In this document: one piece after another, positions 36,684 through 46,784 of the stretch
How positions within the stretch are numbered: the stretch's first letter is position 1
Layout of the letters: the number at the start of each line of letters is the position of its first letter
Origin: an uncultured Flavobacteriaceae bacterium
GTDB lineage: Bacteria > Bacteroidota > Bacteroidia > Flavobacteriales > Flavobacteriaceae
Assembly (NCBI GenBank): GCA_947500435.1
Contig: CANMRV010000003.1
Location: 291,271 to 355,270 of the forward strand
Direction: 5' to 3'
Length of the DNA stretch: 64,000 nt
The notes under the pieces: generated by a model
The model's input: only the letters and a program-made list of their open reading frames with translations
The model's database searches: none
Told to the model about the DNA's origin: nothing
Made by a program: the position numbers and the translations under genes

Positions 36684-38231
36684 TTAATAAATGGTTTTAC
36701 CGTCTTTGTCTTTAAAACGGTATTCGAGATACGTATAGGCGTCTCTCGGTTGTATTTTTATCCTTTTCTTATGCTCCAAAAACCACTTGGAACGTATGGA
36801 TGGAAAGCCTTTCGTCAAATAGGCAGCTATAAATGGATGTATATTTAAAGTAATACCATTATTAGCTTTAGGTCCTTTTAAAAGGCGTTCTAGGTCGGCA
36901 TTTATCTTGTCAACCAAAACAATCGGAGCTTCAACTTCTTGGCCATTGCCATTAGGGTTTTCCTCGGTTGTTTTAATATTCATTTCGGGCCGAACCCGTT
37001 GTCTAGTAATCTGTATGAGTCCAAATTTACTTGGAGGTAGTATTTTGTGTTTGGCGCGATCATCTTTCATTTCATCACGAAGATGGTCAAAAAGTTTTCT
37101 TCGATGTGGTGCTTTTACCATATCGATAAAATCTACTACTATAATTCCTCCCATATCACGCAAGCGTAATTGTCTTGCGATTTCAGAAGCTGCCAATAAG
37201 TTTACTTCTAAGGCAGTATCTTCTTGATTTTTGGCCTTATTTGAACGGTTACCGCTGTTGACGTCTATAACGTGCAATGCTTCAGTATGCTCTATGATTA
37301 GGTACGCGCCCTTACTCATGGTAGCGGTGCGGCCAAAAGAGGTTTTAATTTGTCTTTCTATTCCGAATTTTTCGAAAATCGGAATAGACGAACTATACAG
37401 TTTTACTATTGATTCTTTGGCTGGTGCAATTTCCAGCACGTAATCTTTAATTTGATTATAAAGCGTTTCATCGTCTACATGTATTCCAGTATAGGAATCG
37501 TTAAAAACGTCTCTTAATATACTTGAAGCTCTATTGAGTTCTACAAGCACTTTAGAAGGGGTTGGCGCTTTATATAATTTCTTGCACATTGCTGACCATT
37601 TGTCAAGCAAGTTTTCTAGATCTTTGTCCAGTTCTGCTACTTTTTTGCCTTCTGCAACTGTTCGGATAATTACTCCGAAACCTTTTGGCTTAATACTTTT
37701 TACAAGCCTTTTTAATCTATCTTTTTCTTCTCTACTACCAATCTTTTGAGAGACTGATACACGATCAGAGAAAGGAACCATTACCAAATATCGCCCTGCT
37801 AGTGAAAGCTCGGAACTTATTCTTGGTCCTTTAGTAGATATGGGTTCTTTAACAATTTGCACTAATAAAGATTGATTGGCTTTAATAACATCAGTTATTA
37901 CACCATGCTTATCTATATCTTTTTCAGTTGGAAAGTTTTTCAGGGAATAATCTCTCAATTTTCCTGTACTCACTTGCTTAATGAATTTTAACATCGAAGA
38001 TAATTGCGGCCCTAGGTCATGATAATGCAAAAAGGCATCTTTTTCATAACCTACATTTACAAAAGCTGCATTCAGACCTGTAACGGGTTTTCTGACCTTG
38101 GCGAGAAATATATCACCAACTGAGAAGTCGTTATTGTCTTCTTCTTTATGTAATTCAGTAAGTTTTCCATCTTTTAGTAAGGCAAAATCTACGGCATCGG
38201 AACTAGATCTTACGATTAATTCTCTATTCAC
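36684..38231 (-). CDS. rng: Ribonuclease G/E family endoribonuclease
   Basis: 515 aa. N-terminal S1 domain (GDIFLAKV) and RNase E/G catalytic-core layout. Confidence 0.75.
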   Translation of the reverse strand: MNRELIVRSSSDAVDFALLKDGKLTELHKEEDNNDFSVGDIFLAKVRKPVTGLNAAFVNVGYEKDAFLHYHDLGPQLSSMLKFIKQVSTGKLRDYSLKNFPTEKDIDKHGVITDVIKANQSLLVQIVKEPISTKGPRISSELSLAGRYLVMVPFSDRVSVSQKIGSREEKDRLKRLVKSIKPKGFGVIIRTVAEGKKVAELDKDLENLLDKWSAMCKKLYKAPTPSKVLVELNRASSILRDVFNDSYTGIHVDDETLYNQIKDYVLEIAPAKESIVKLYSSSIPIFEKFGIERQIKTSFGRTATMSKGAYLIIEHTEALHVIDVNSGNRSNKAKNQEDTALEVNLLAASEIARQLRLRDMGGIIVVDFIDMVKAPHRRKLFDHLRDEMKDDRAKHKILPPSKFGLIQITRQRVRPEMNIKTTEENPNGNGQEVEAPIVLVDKINADLERLLKGPKANNGITLNIHPFIAAYLTKGFPSIRSKWFLEHKKRIKIQPRDAYTYLEYRFKDKDGKTIY

Positions 38232-38370
38232 CTGAATTTATTTATACTCATCCGCCAGCTGACGGATAAATGGATTAAACAATACATAAACAGGCATATT
38301 TACCTGCCGAAATCCACTTTTGGAATCTCTATTTCAATGAACGTATAAAGTGAAAAAGTAGTTAAAATAA

Positions 38371-38460
38371 CTACTTTTTCTTGTGACGGTTAGCTCTTCT
38401 GCGCTTCTTGCGCTTATGAGTAGCTACCTTATGTCTTTTTCTTTTTTTACCACTCGGCAT
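38371..38460 (-). CDS. 29-aa extremely basic peptide, bS22/THX-like small ribosomal-protein candidate
   Basis: ATG at 38458..38460 on the minus strand gives MPSGKKRKRHKVATHKRKKRRRANRHKKK, with stop at 38371..38373. Not in the ORF track because it is under 60 aa. Lies between the RNase G and HU genes. Confidence 0.45.
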   Translation of the reverse strand: MPSGKKRKRHKVATHKRKKRRRANRHKKK

Positions 38461-38490
38461 AAAGGTTTACTTTTTATGATTAGAATTTAT

Positions 38491-38781
38491 TTACTTTACT
38501 TGAACGTTGCTCTTAACACCTTCAACAAAAACCTTTGCAGGTTTGAATGCTGGAATATTGTGAGCAGGAATTTTAATTGTTGTGTTTTTTGAAATGTTTC
38601 TTCCTGTTTTCTCAGCTCTGGTCTTAATAATGAAACTACCAAATCCTCGTAGGTAAACATTATCGCCACTTTCTAAAGAAGTTTTTACTTCTTCCATGAA
38701 TGATTCTACTGTTGCTTGTACATCACCTTTTTCAATTCCCAGTTTATCTGAGATTTTCGATACAATTTCCGCTTTCGTCAT
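38491..38781 (-). CDS. hup: HU-family DNA-binding protein
   Basis: 96 aa. MTKAEIVSKISDKLGI...GFGSF...RNPKT-like HU signature. Confidence 0.8.
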   Translation of the reverse strand: MTKAEIVSKISDKLGIEKGDVQATVESFMEEVKTSLESGDNVYLRGFGSFIIKTRAEKTGRNISKNTTIKIPAHNIPAFKPAKVFVEGVKSNVQVK

Positions 38782-38978
38782 CTTTTAAATTAAGTTTTAG
38801 GTATAAAATTTTGGCGAGCAAATATATAAATTAAATTTATTCTTTTAGTCTTAAACGACTAATTTTAAGTGAATTCATTAGGCTTTTGCTGTTAAAGTTG
38901 ATTTTTTGAAATTATAGTAAAAGGCAGAAGTTTGAAAGGGCTAAATAAATAAACCCTTACTTTTGAAGCAATGATTTC

Positions 38979-40043
38979 GTGTTGATGACTTTTTCCCAAA
39001 ATATTCTTATCTGGTACGCACAAAACAAGCGCACCTTGCCATGGCGTCGTACCAAAGACCCATACAAGATTTGGCTTTCAGAAATTATGTTACAGCAAAC
39101 ACGAGTGGTGCAAGGAACTCCGTATTATTTAAAGTTTGTTGCAAATTTTCCCACAGTTTATGATTTGGCAGCTGCTTCAGAAGAACATGTATTAAAACTT
39201 TGGCAGGGTCTCGGGTATTATTCAAGAGCTCGCAACCTGCATGCAACTGCAAAAATGGTAGTTGAGGAGTATGAAGGAAATTTTCCAAATACATACGAAG
39301 GACTTTTGAAGCTTAAGGGCGTAGGAGACTATACTGCCAGTGCCATCGCTTCCATTTGTTTTGATGAAGCGCAGCCAGTGGTCGACGGAAATGTTTATCG
39401 TGTTCTTGCACGTTACTACGGTGTCGATACTGCCATTAATAGTACAGAGGGCATCAAGTATTTTAAAGAGCTGGCACGTGAAGTGATGGATGCCGAGAAT
39501 ATTCGGGACTACAATCAGGGTATCATGGAGTTCGGTGCAATTCAATGTGCTCCCAAAAAACCATACTGTTTGCATTGTCCTTTAAATGAAAGTTGTGTTG
39601 CTTTAAAGGAGAACAAAATTGACAAACTTCCTGTAAAGCTTAGCAAGATAAAAGTTCGAAATAGATACTTCAACTATTTAGTCCCAGTAATTGAAGCTGA
39701 AGATGGGCATAAGAGAACAGTACTGCAGCAACGCAAAGGCAAAGGTATTTGGCAGAACCTTTGGGAGTTTCCATTGCTGGAATCCGAAGACGAAATCAGT
39801 TTGGAAAAAGTGGAACAAAACTTGTCCGTAATATTGACTTTGGATGATTCTCCAAAAGTGGTTCCTCATAATGAGAAACTGATTGTTCATAAGCTTTCAC
39901 ACCAGCATTTACATACTCGTTTTTGGATGGTGAGCACCAAAACAGATTTAGAAGGCTCTTTTCCTGTAAGTGAACTCGAAGATTATCCCGTACCAGTTTT
40001 GATAGCGGATTTCATCAAAACGTTTAAAAATTCGTATTTTTGA
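38979..40043 (+). CDS. mutY: A/G-specific adenine DNA glycosylase
   Basis: 354 aa. HhH-GPD fold, 4Fe-4S Cys motif C..HC.....C (CLHCPLNESC), C-terminal NUDIX-like domain. Confidence 0.8.
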   Translation: MLMTFSQNILIWYAQNKRTLPWRRTKDPYKIWLSEIMLQQTRVVQGTPYYLKFVANFPTVYDLAAASEEHVLKLWQGLGYYSRARNLHATAKMVVEEYEGNFPNTYEGLLKLKGVGDYTASAIASICFDEAQPVVDGNVYRVLARYYGVDTAINSTEGIKYFKELAREVMDAENIRDYNQGIMEFGAIQCAPKKPYCLHCPLNESCVALKENKIDKLPVKLSKIKVRNRYFNYLVPVIEAEDGHKRTVLQQRKGKGIWQNLWEFPLLESEDEISLEKVEQNLSVILTLDDSPKVVPHNEKLIVHKLSHQHLHTRFWMVSTKTDLEGSFPVSELEDYPVPVLIADFIKTFKNSYF

Positions 40044-40143
40044 CTTAAATTAATTGTCCCATTGAGGGGGCTTTAGAAGTGTTATCTAATAGGTTAAAAG
40101 AACCTGAATTTCACTTCTATTGAAAAAATACTTAAATCAAATC

Positions 40144-40602
40144 ATGAGTGGAACACTAAATAAAGTGATGTTGATAGGGCATTTGGGTGATGAGGTTAAA
40201 ATGCACTATTTTGAAGGTGGCGGCAGTATTGGTCGTTTTCCTATTGCCACAAATGAAAGCTATACCAACAAACAAACTGGTGAACGCGTTACCAATACTG
40301 ATTGGCATAACATTGTAGTGCGTAATAAGGCTGCTGAAATATGTGAAAAATACTTAAGCAAAGGCGACAAAATATACGTTGAAGGACGTTTAAAAAACAG
40401 GCAATGGCAAGGGGAAGATGGCAATACACGTTATTCCACCGAAGTGCAGGTGCAAGAATTTACGTTTTTGTCGACTAAGAAAGAGAGCATGGCCAATGCA
40501 CAATCTAGTGCTCAGCCACAACAGCCCCAAGAACAAAAGCCTACCGTAAAAGATGAAACTGCTAAGATAACCCCACCTGAAGGTGATGATTTGCCATTCT
40601 AA
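40144..40602 (+). CDS. ssb: Single-stranded DNA-binding protein
   Basis: OB-fold (NKVMLIGHLGDEV...TDWHNIVV), Gln/Pro-rich linker, and the acidic DDLPF tail. Start moved to the internal ATG at 40144. Confidence 0.85.
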   Translation: MSGTLNKVMLIGHLGDEVKMHYFEGGGSIGRFPIATNESYTNKQTGERVTNTDWHNIVVRNKAAEICEKYLSKGDKIYVEGRLKNRQWQGEDGNTRYSTEVQVQEFTFLSTKKESMANAQSSAQPQQPQEQKPTVKDETAKITPPEGDDLPF

Positions 40603-40627
40603 TTAATCTAAATTTAAATAGTAACTA

Positions 40628-41956
40628 TTGGACCCTGACCCCCTTAGTTTTCTTCTCAATTCCATAATTTTTGATGGTGCTTTTGCACTTAAAATAGCTG
40701 TGCTAGTACTACTACTTTGTTGCTCCGCATTGATTTCTGGAGCTGAGGTTGCCCTATTCGGATTATCTCCAACCGATGTGAACGAAATAGACAATCTAAA
40801 AACGGCTAGAGGGTCGATTATAGTTAAACTTTTAGAACGTCCGAAAAAGTTATTAGCGACGATTTTGATAACTAATAACACAATTAACATTGGAATTGTT
40901 TTACTGTTTAATGCCATTGGCGACACCTTGTTTTCAGATATTACCTATAAGCTTTTTGATTTTGTTTCCGTTCGTTTTTTGCTTGAGGTCGTACTTATTA
41001 CCTTTATGATTTTGATGTTCGGAGAAATACTTCCTAAAGTATATGCGAATAGAAATCGCATGAGCTTTTCGCAATTCATGGCATATCCTCTCAAGGTGTT
41101 GGATTTTGTTTTTTCCCCATTAAGCCTCCCGATGCGTTCGGGAACAATTTTCATGTACAATAAACTTGGTAAAGAGAAATCAAACCTCAGTGTTGATCAT
41201 CTCTCACAAGCCTTAGAGCTAACATCTGAAGGAGATACAACCAAAGAAGAGCAAAAAATTTTAGAGGGTATTGTTTCTTTTGGTAATACAGATACGAAAC
41301 AGGTGATGCGCCCGCGTATTGACATTTTCGCTTTGAGTGAAGGAATGAAATTTCTTGAGGTGTTGGAGGAAATAAAAAATCATGGCTATTCTAGAATCCC
41401 TGTTTTCACTGAAAATATTGATAAGGTTCAGGGAGTTCTTTATGTAAAAGATATCTTGCCCTATATTGATCGAAAAACATTCAATTGGATGTCCTTGATT
41501 CGTGAACCTTATTTTGTTCCGGAGAATAAAAAACTGGATGATTTGCTATCGGAATTCCAAGAAAAGAAGAACCATCTGGCGGTAGTAGTTGATGAATATG
41601 GAGGTACTTCAGGAATTGTTACCTTAGAAGATATCATAGAGGAAATTGTAGGCGATATTAGTGACGAATTCGATGACGAAGATTTGGTATTTTCAAAATT
41701 GGATGATTTCAATTATGTTTTTGAAGGAAAAACGACTTTAAAGGATTTCTATCGCGTAGTCAAAATTGAAAATCAAGAGGATTTCGAAGAGCAAAAAGGG
41801 GAGTCAGAAACCATTGCCGGATTCGTTCTCGAAATCGCGGGAAGCTTTCCTAAAAAAGGGGAAAAAGTACAATTTAAGGATTACCAATTCTTGGTTGAAA
41901 GCTTAGATAAAAAGAGATTAAAACAAATAAAAGTAACCCTTCCACATGAAAATTAA
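40628..41956 (+). CDS. gldE: Gliding-motility protein GldE (CNNM/DUF21 TM domain + CBS pair + CorC_HlyC)
   Basis: 442 aa. Domain layout and conserved mutY-ssb-gldE-gldD synteny known from Flavobacterium. Confidence 0.75.
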   Translation: MDPDPLSFLLNSIIFDGAFALKIAVLVLLLCCSALISGAEVALFGLSPTDVNEIDNLKTARGSIIVKLLERPKKLLATILITNNTINIGIVLLFNAIGDTLFSDITYKLFDFVSVRFLLEVVLITFMILMFGEILPKVYANRNRMSFSQFMAYPLKVLDFVFSPLSLPMRSGTIFMYNKLGKEKSNLSVDHLSQALELTSEGDTTKEEQKILEGIVSFGNTDTKQVMRPRIDIFALSEGMKFLEVLEEIKNHGYSRIPVFTENIDKVQGVLYVKDILPYIDRKTFNWMSLIREPYFVPENKKLDDLLSEFQEKKNHLAVVVDEYGGTSGIVTLEDIIEEIVGDISDEFDDEDLVFSKLDDFNYVFEGKTTLKDFYRVVKIENQEDFEEQKGESETIAGFVLEIAGSFPKKGEKVQFKDYQFLVESLDKKRLKQIKVTLPHEN

Positions 41957-42512
41957 AGTGTTATTTACTTTCTTAGGATGTACGCTACTTTTCTTTGGAT
42001 GCGTAGAGGAAAATGTCTTGCCAAAACCGAAGGCCATGCTACGCTTGGAATATCAAAGACCGGTTGCCGACTCTATACAAACTGACTATTTTATATTTGA
42101 AGTCAATAAAGCGGCGAGGGTTGATAAAAAAAATAGTCGTTCCATTGTTGTTGAATACCCTGAGATGAAGGCCGCAATTTTTTTGAGCTATAGGGGAGTT
42201 AATAACGACTTGAATAAACTGATGCGCGACGCACACAAGTTGAGTGGAGAGCACGCGGCGAAGGCAGATGGCATTCAGCAAAGGGTTTTTGAAAATGCAG
42301 AAAATAAAGTTTACGGCGCCTTTTACGAAGTAAGTGGTGATGCCGCTTCACAGGCACAGTTTTTTGTAACTGATAGCCTCAATCATTTTGTAACTGGAGC
42401 CTTGTACTTCAAAACAAAGCCCAATTACGATTCTATCTATCCAGCAGCGAAATACTTACAAAATGATATGGGGCGAATAATGGAGTCGCTCAGATGGAAA
42501 GACAAAGATTAG
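41946..42512 (+). CDS. gldD: Gliding-motility lipoprotein GldD
   Basis: 188 aa. Lipoprotein signal (LLFFGCVEEN). Overlaps the gldE stop by 11 nt, as in known gldED loci. Confidence 0.7.
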   Translation: MKIKVLFTFLGCTLLFFGCVEENVLPKPKAMLRLEYQRPVADSIQTDYFIFEVNKAARVDKKNSRSIVVEYPEMKAAIFLSYRGVNNDLNKLMRDAHKLSGEHAAKADGIQQRVFENAENKVYGAFYEVSGDAASQAQFFVTDSLNHFVTGALYFKTKPNYDSIYPAAKYLQNDMGRIMESLRWKDKD

Positions 42513-42616
42513 ATTTAGAATACCTCAAAAAAGTAATTGGAATACTATTTTAGGAACAAGACAAACTACTACGCCTTCATCGCTGTGATTTTTCCTATTT
42601 TTATGGAAATCTTTGA

Positions 42617-43666
42617 TTGATTATGAACGTTTCTGATGAACTTCTTTTCTTTTTCAGTGCCTTAGGAGTTTTCAATGCTTTGTTAATCAGTATTTATTTT
42701 TTCTTTATTAAAAAGCCCAAGAACGTTTCCAATTTCTTTTTAGGGCTCTTGCTCTTAATGCTTGCTATTAGGGTTGGTAAATCGGTATTTTATTATTTTA
42801 ATGATGACCTGGCTATAGAATTTATTAAGGTTGGGCTTGCGGCTTGCATATTAATTGGGCCTGCACTCTATTTTCACATGAAATCTTGTGTACAGTCAGA
42901 TTCTAAAATGCGTTTTTGGCCACTTCACTTTTTGGTATTGTTAGCTTTATCTGTTTTGATTGGATTTTTATACCCAGAAACTCATGATCCATGGATTATA
43001 GGGCGAAGCCTTAGTTGGGTGGAAATAATCTATATGGTTTGGTTGGGCTATATTATTGCATCTGGTTGGGTTATAAGGAATATTATTAATAAAATCTTCA
43101 ATAGGAATGAGAAACTGTCTGATTTTGACTTCTGGGTGTTGAGCGTTTTTATAGGTAACGTAATCATTTGGGTCGCCTACAAAACGTGTTCTTACACTTC
43201 TTACATAGTTGGGGCATTATCATTTTCATTTATTTTTTATCTGCTTTTTCTACTGATTCATTTTCGTAGAACTAAAGGAGCTATTTTTGATAAGAATCTT
43301 AAGTATTCCAACAAAAAAATTGAAGCCGTCGAAGCTGAAAACCTTTCAATACAATTAAACCATCTGATGGAGAAGGAGAAAATTTTTACAGACGCGGACC
43401 TTAAACTATCAGATGTGGCAAGTAAAATGAATATTCTGCCTCACACGCTTTCCCAATTGATCAATGATAACTTGGGCAAGAGCTTCACTTCATTGATAAA
43501 CGAATATCGAGTTAAGGAAGCCAAGTATTTGATAAAATCCAATGCCCATATCAAATTAGAGGCCGTCGGTTATGATTGTGGCTTCAATTCAAAGTCGACC
43601 TTTTACTCTGTTTTCAAAAAGATAGCGAACACTACTCCAGCTAAATACAAGGAAAGCATTTCCTAA
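42617..43666 (+). CDS. AraC-family transcriptional regulator with N-terminal multi-TM sensor region
   Basis: 349 aa. About 6 predicted TM helices, then a C-terminal AraC HTH (SQLINDNLGKSFTSLINEYRV...GYDCGFNSKSTFYSVFKK). Confidence 0.7.
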   Translation: MIMNVSDELLFFFSALGVFNALLISIYFFFIKKPKNVSNFFLGLLLLMLAIRVGKSVFYYFNDDLAIEFIKVGLAACILIGPALYFHMKSCVQSDSKMRFWPLHFLVLLALSVLIGFLYPETHDPWIIGRSLSWVEIIYMVWLGYIIASGWVIRNIINKIFNRNEKLSDFDFWVLSVFIGNVIIWVAYKTCSYTSYIVGALSFSFIFYLLFLLIHFRRTKGAIFDKNLKYSNKKIEAVEAENLSIQLNHLMEKEKIFTDADLKLSDVASKMNILPHTLSQLINDNLGKSFTSLINEYRVKEAKYLIKSNAHIKLEAVGYDCGFNSKSTFYSVFKKIANTTPAKYKESIS

Positions 43667-43757
43667 AGATTCCTTAAATCCCTTCTAGATTTATAAATCC
43701 GTACTCCAGATTTATAAGTAAGACCTACTTTCATTTTGATTCAACATAGTATTGTGA

Positions 43758-44564
43758 TTGAATCAAAATAGCTTTGGAATGAAAAATACCATGTATTCTC
43801 TTTTTGCCATCTTTTTTCTATTGGTAGGATGCAAGCAAAACCCTGAAACAATTTATAGTAATACTGAAGTTGCCCAACAAGCAGAAGGAATTTTGTTCAT
43901 TGTTTCGAATGCGCATTTTTATGGAGATTCTGATATCGGCGCTTCAAATCATTTTTCGGAAATAGTTCAAGCATATGAAGTCTTTAAAAAGGGAGGTTAT
44001 GCAATTGATTTTGTCAGTCCTGAGGGAGGGGCAATACCTATCGGATACATCAGCACCTCAGACCCGCTTCAAAAGAAGTATATCTATGACAATGATTTTA
44101 TGGATGCTCTTGAGGCAACAAAAAAACCAAATGAAATAAAGGCATCCGATTATAAAGCGGTGTATTACGGCGGAGGTGGAGCTGCTATGTTTGGAGTGGC
44201 TGAAAATGAGGCCATTCAAAAAATCGTGATGGAACTCTATGAGCAACATAATGGAATCGTCTCCGCTATTTGCCACGGTACGGCTGGTATAGTCAATCTT
44301 AAGACTCAGGATGGTTCTTACCTATTTGCTGGAAAAAAGGTAAATGGTTTTCCTGATATTTTCGAAAATAAAGAGGCAGCATATTACAAGACCTTCCCTT
44401 TTTCAATTCAAGAAATAATAAAAGAAAGAGGTGGGGATTTTCAGTTTTCCGAAGAAGGTTGGGATGGCTTTATGGTATCTGATGGAAGATTGATAAGCGG
44501 ACAAGACCCTTCAGCTGCGGGCTTGGTGGCAGAAAAAGTCATTGAGACACTACAGCAATTATAA
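43758..44564 (+). CDS. DJ-1/PfpI (type-1 glutamine amidotransferase-like) lipoprotein
   Basis: 268 aa. Lipoprotein signal (LLVGC). Nucleophile-elbow AICHGTAG. Confidence 0.65.
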   Translation: MNQNSFGMKNTMYSLFAIFFLLVGCKQNPETIYSNTEVAQQAEGILFIVSNAHFYGDSDIGASNHFSEIVQAYEVFKKGGYAIDFVSPEGGAIPIGYISTSDPLQKKYIYDNDFMDALEATKKPNEIKASDYKAVYYGGGGAAMFGVAENEAIQKIVMELYEQHNGIVSAICHGTAGIVNLKTQDGSYLFAGKKVNGFPDIFENKEAAYYKTFPFSIQEIIKERGGDFQFSEEGWDGFMVSDGRLISGQDPSAAGLVAEKVIETLQQL

Positions 44565-44586
44565 ATCATCAAAAAACTAACAGGAC

Positions 44587-46293
44587 ATGAAAAATCTATT
44601 CACGGCATTTTTATTATTCGCACTAACCACGACATTTTCACAGGAGGAACAAAAAAGACAGATTTCACCAGCGCAAATAGATGCTGTTTTTTCCCAGTGG
44701 GATACTCCTGATAGACCAGGTATTGCAGTGGGGGTTCTTAACGATGGAGAAATCGTCTACACTAAAGGATATGGCCTGGCCAATTTGGAGCACAAGATTC
44801 CGATAAGTGCCGAAACTAGATTCCATATTGGTGACATAGCCAAGGAGTTCACCGTTTATGCACTTTTGTTATTGGAACAACGCGGCCAGCTTTCACTGAA
44901 AGATGATATACGGATGCATATGCCCAAATTAAAGTCCTTTCCCAACTCCATAAGTATTGAACAATTGACACATCACACCGGTGGATTAAACAACGAAGAG
45001 GTTTTCAAAGCCCTTGCAGGATGGAGAGCTGAAGATGTTTTTACCAAGGAACAGGCATATACCATGATTCAGAACCAGGCGAAATCAGTACCCAATAGCG
45101 GGAGTGTACAACGCTTTTCGGATGCCGGTTTTTTGATACTCGAAGACCTTATTGCTAAGATTTCTAAAATGTCATATACTGATTTTGTAACGAAGGAGAT
45201 TTTTGAACCCCTCGGAATGAAGAATTCAATATATGATACTCAAGGTGCCGTAATCGCAAATAAGGCCCAGGGGTATTTTGCACAAAACAATGGTTTTATC
45301 AGTTCAAACATGAGCTATAGTCACACGCTTTTATCCGATGTATATACCACCGTGGGAGATATGTGCCTTTGGGCCAAAGAGCTTGGTAACCCCAAAATTG
45401 GCACCAAGCAAATGGTTGAAAAATTTGATGGACTTTCAGTTGTTGACGGAAGAACTCTTGAGGAAATCAATACTTCGTTGTATACAGGAGGCCACCGGTA
45501 TTGGAATTTTAGAGGAGCTAAAAAACTATACCATGTAGAGGTTGCTGGGGGATATGCCAGTAAATTGATTCGCTATCCTGATTATGACCTTGCTGTTGTT
45601 ATTATGGGAAATGATGGTGCTTATAACGGATACGCGGGCACAGGAGCCAGTGCACTATATATTGAAGATTTTTTGGATTCCCCATCGGGTGAAGTATCCG
45701 CTAAAATCAACTCTAAAAAATTGTCAAAAAAGCAACTTGCTGTATTTGAGGGTGATTATTGGGACCTTACTAATCACTCAACTCGAAAAATTCATATCGT
45801 CAACGATACTTTGAGGTATTTCAGAGGGCAGGGTAACGAAAGTCCCCTTGTGCCCCAGACTAAAAACTCCTTTAAAATGATTACAGGGGGAGGGGTGACA
45901 GTTAATTTTGACACGAAAGCTGTTCCTAAAACTATGGATGTAACGGTCGGTGATGATACCTTTCACTTGATTGCATTTGATGCTAATCCAAGTTGGGCTA
46001 AAGAACTTGATATGTTTACGGGAAACTATTACGCCGCTGCTCTGGATACCTCATATTTCCTGACTACAGATCAAGGAAAGCTAGTACTTACCCATCCAAG
46101 ATTGGAGCCTGTGCAATTAGACCCGAGAATACAAGATCTGTTTACGGGAGACCAAAGACATTTTTCATCTCTAGCATTTGAAAGAGATCCAGACGGTGTT
46201 ATCACTGGGTTTCAACTCGCCACGCGTGGAGTAGCTAATATTTGGTTTCAAAAGGAAACAACCTCAAACCAGAAATTGGCCAAAACTAAATGA
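44587..46293 (+). CDS. Beta-lactamase-fold (class C / PBP4*-like) secreted protein with degenerate catalytic motifs
   Basis: 568 aa with a signal peptide. FHIGDIAKEFTV sits where F.IGS..K.FTA (the SxxK motif) is expected. RFSDAGF sits where YSN.GY is expected. Confidence 0.55.
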   Translation: MKNLFTAFLLFALTTTFSQEEQKRQISPAQIDAVFSQWDTPDRPGIAVGVLNDGEIVYTKGYGLANLEHKIPISAETRFHIGDIAKEFTVYALLLLEQRGQLSLKDDIRMHMPKLKSFPNSISIEQLTHHTGGLNNEEVFKALAGWRAEDVFTKEQAYTMIQNQAKSVPNSGSVQRFSDAGFLILEDLIAKISKMSYTDFVTKEIFEPLGMKNSIYDTQGAVIANKAQGYFAQNNGFISSNMSYSHTLLSDVYTTVGDMCLWAKELGNPKIGTKQMVEKFDGLSVVDGRTLEEINTSLYTGGHRYWNFRGAKKLYHVEVAGGYASKLIRYPDYDLAVVIMGNDGAYNGYAGTGASALYIEDFLDSPSGEVSAKINSKKLSKKQLAVFEGDYWDLTNHSTRKIHIVNDTLRYFRGQGNESPLVPQTKNSFKMITGGGVTVNFDTKAVPKTMDVTVGDDTFHLIAFDANPSWAKELDMFTGNYYAAALDTSYFLTTDQGKLVLTHPRLEPVQLDPRIQDLFTGDQRHFSSLAFERDPDGVITGFQLATRGVANIWFQKETTSNQKLAKTK

Positions 46294-46324
46294 AAAAACG
46301 AACAGAAATTAAACAATTGAAATC

Positions 46325-46750
46325 ATGAAAATGAAGAACATCATAATGCTAGCTTTTCTATGTATTGGAATACAAACTACTAATGCGCAAACTGATTTAG
46401 AATCGATTACCAGTACATTAAACGACTATCTTGAAGGGACCGCAAACGGTGAGCCGGAACGTGTAAAAAGGGCTTTTCACCCTGAACTTAACCTATATAG
46501 TGTGGCTAATGATAGCCTTAAAATTTGGTACGGACAAGACTATACTGGCGGCATAAAACAAGGGAAAAAGAGTAATCGTATAGGCAGAATTGTGTCCATT
46601 GATTATGAAAACGATGCTGCAGTAGGCAAGATTGAAATCATCATGCCAGGACCTAAAAGAATTTATACTGACTATTTAATGCTTTTAAAATATCAGGGAA
46701 GTTGGAAGATTATTCATAAGTCATACACTTATGTGGATTACCCTAAATAG
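46325..46750 (+). CDS. NTF2-like (SnoaL / lumazine-binding-like) secreted protein
   Basis: 141 aa with a signal peptide. Small alpha+beta cone pattern. Confidence 0.45.
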   Translation: MKMKNIIMLAFLCIGIQTTNAQTDLESITSTLNDYLEGTANGEPERVKRAFHPELNLYSVANDSLKIWYGQDYTGGIKQGKKSNRIGRIVSIDYENDAAVGKIEIIMPGPKRIYTDYLMLLKYQGSWKIIHKSYTYVDYPK

Positions 46751-46784
46751 AGATTTTCAATAGCTTTCTGTAACCATTTGCAAA

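Noticed and set aside
38383-38592. 69-aa plus-strand ORF between the RNase G and HU genes
   Set aside because: It is antisense to the HU gene 3' end and to the 29-aa basic peptide ORF. The plus-frame peptide is hydrophobic with no features.
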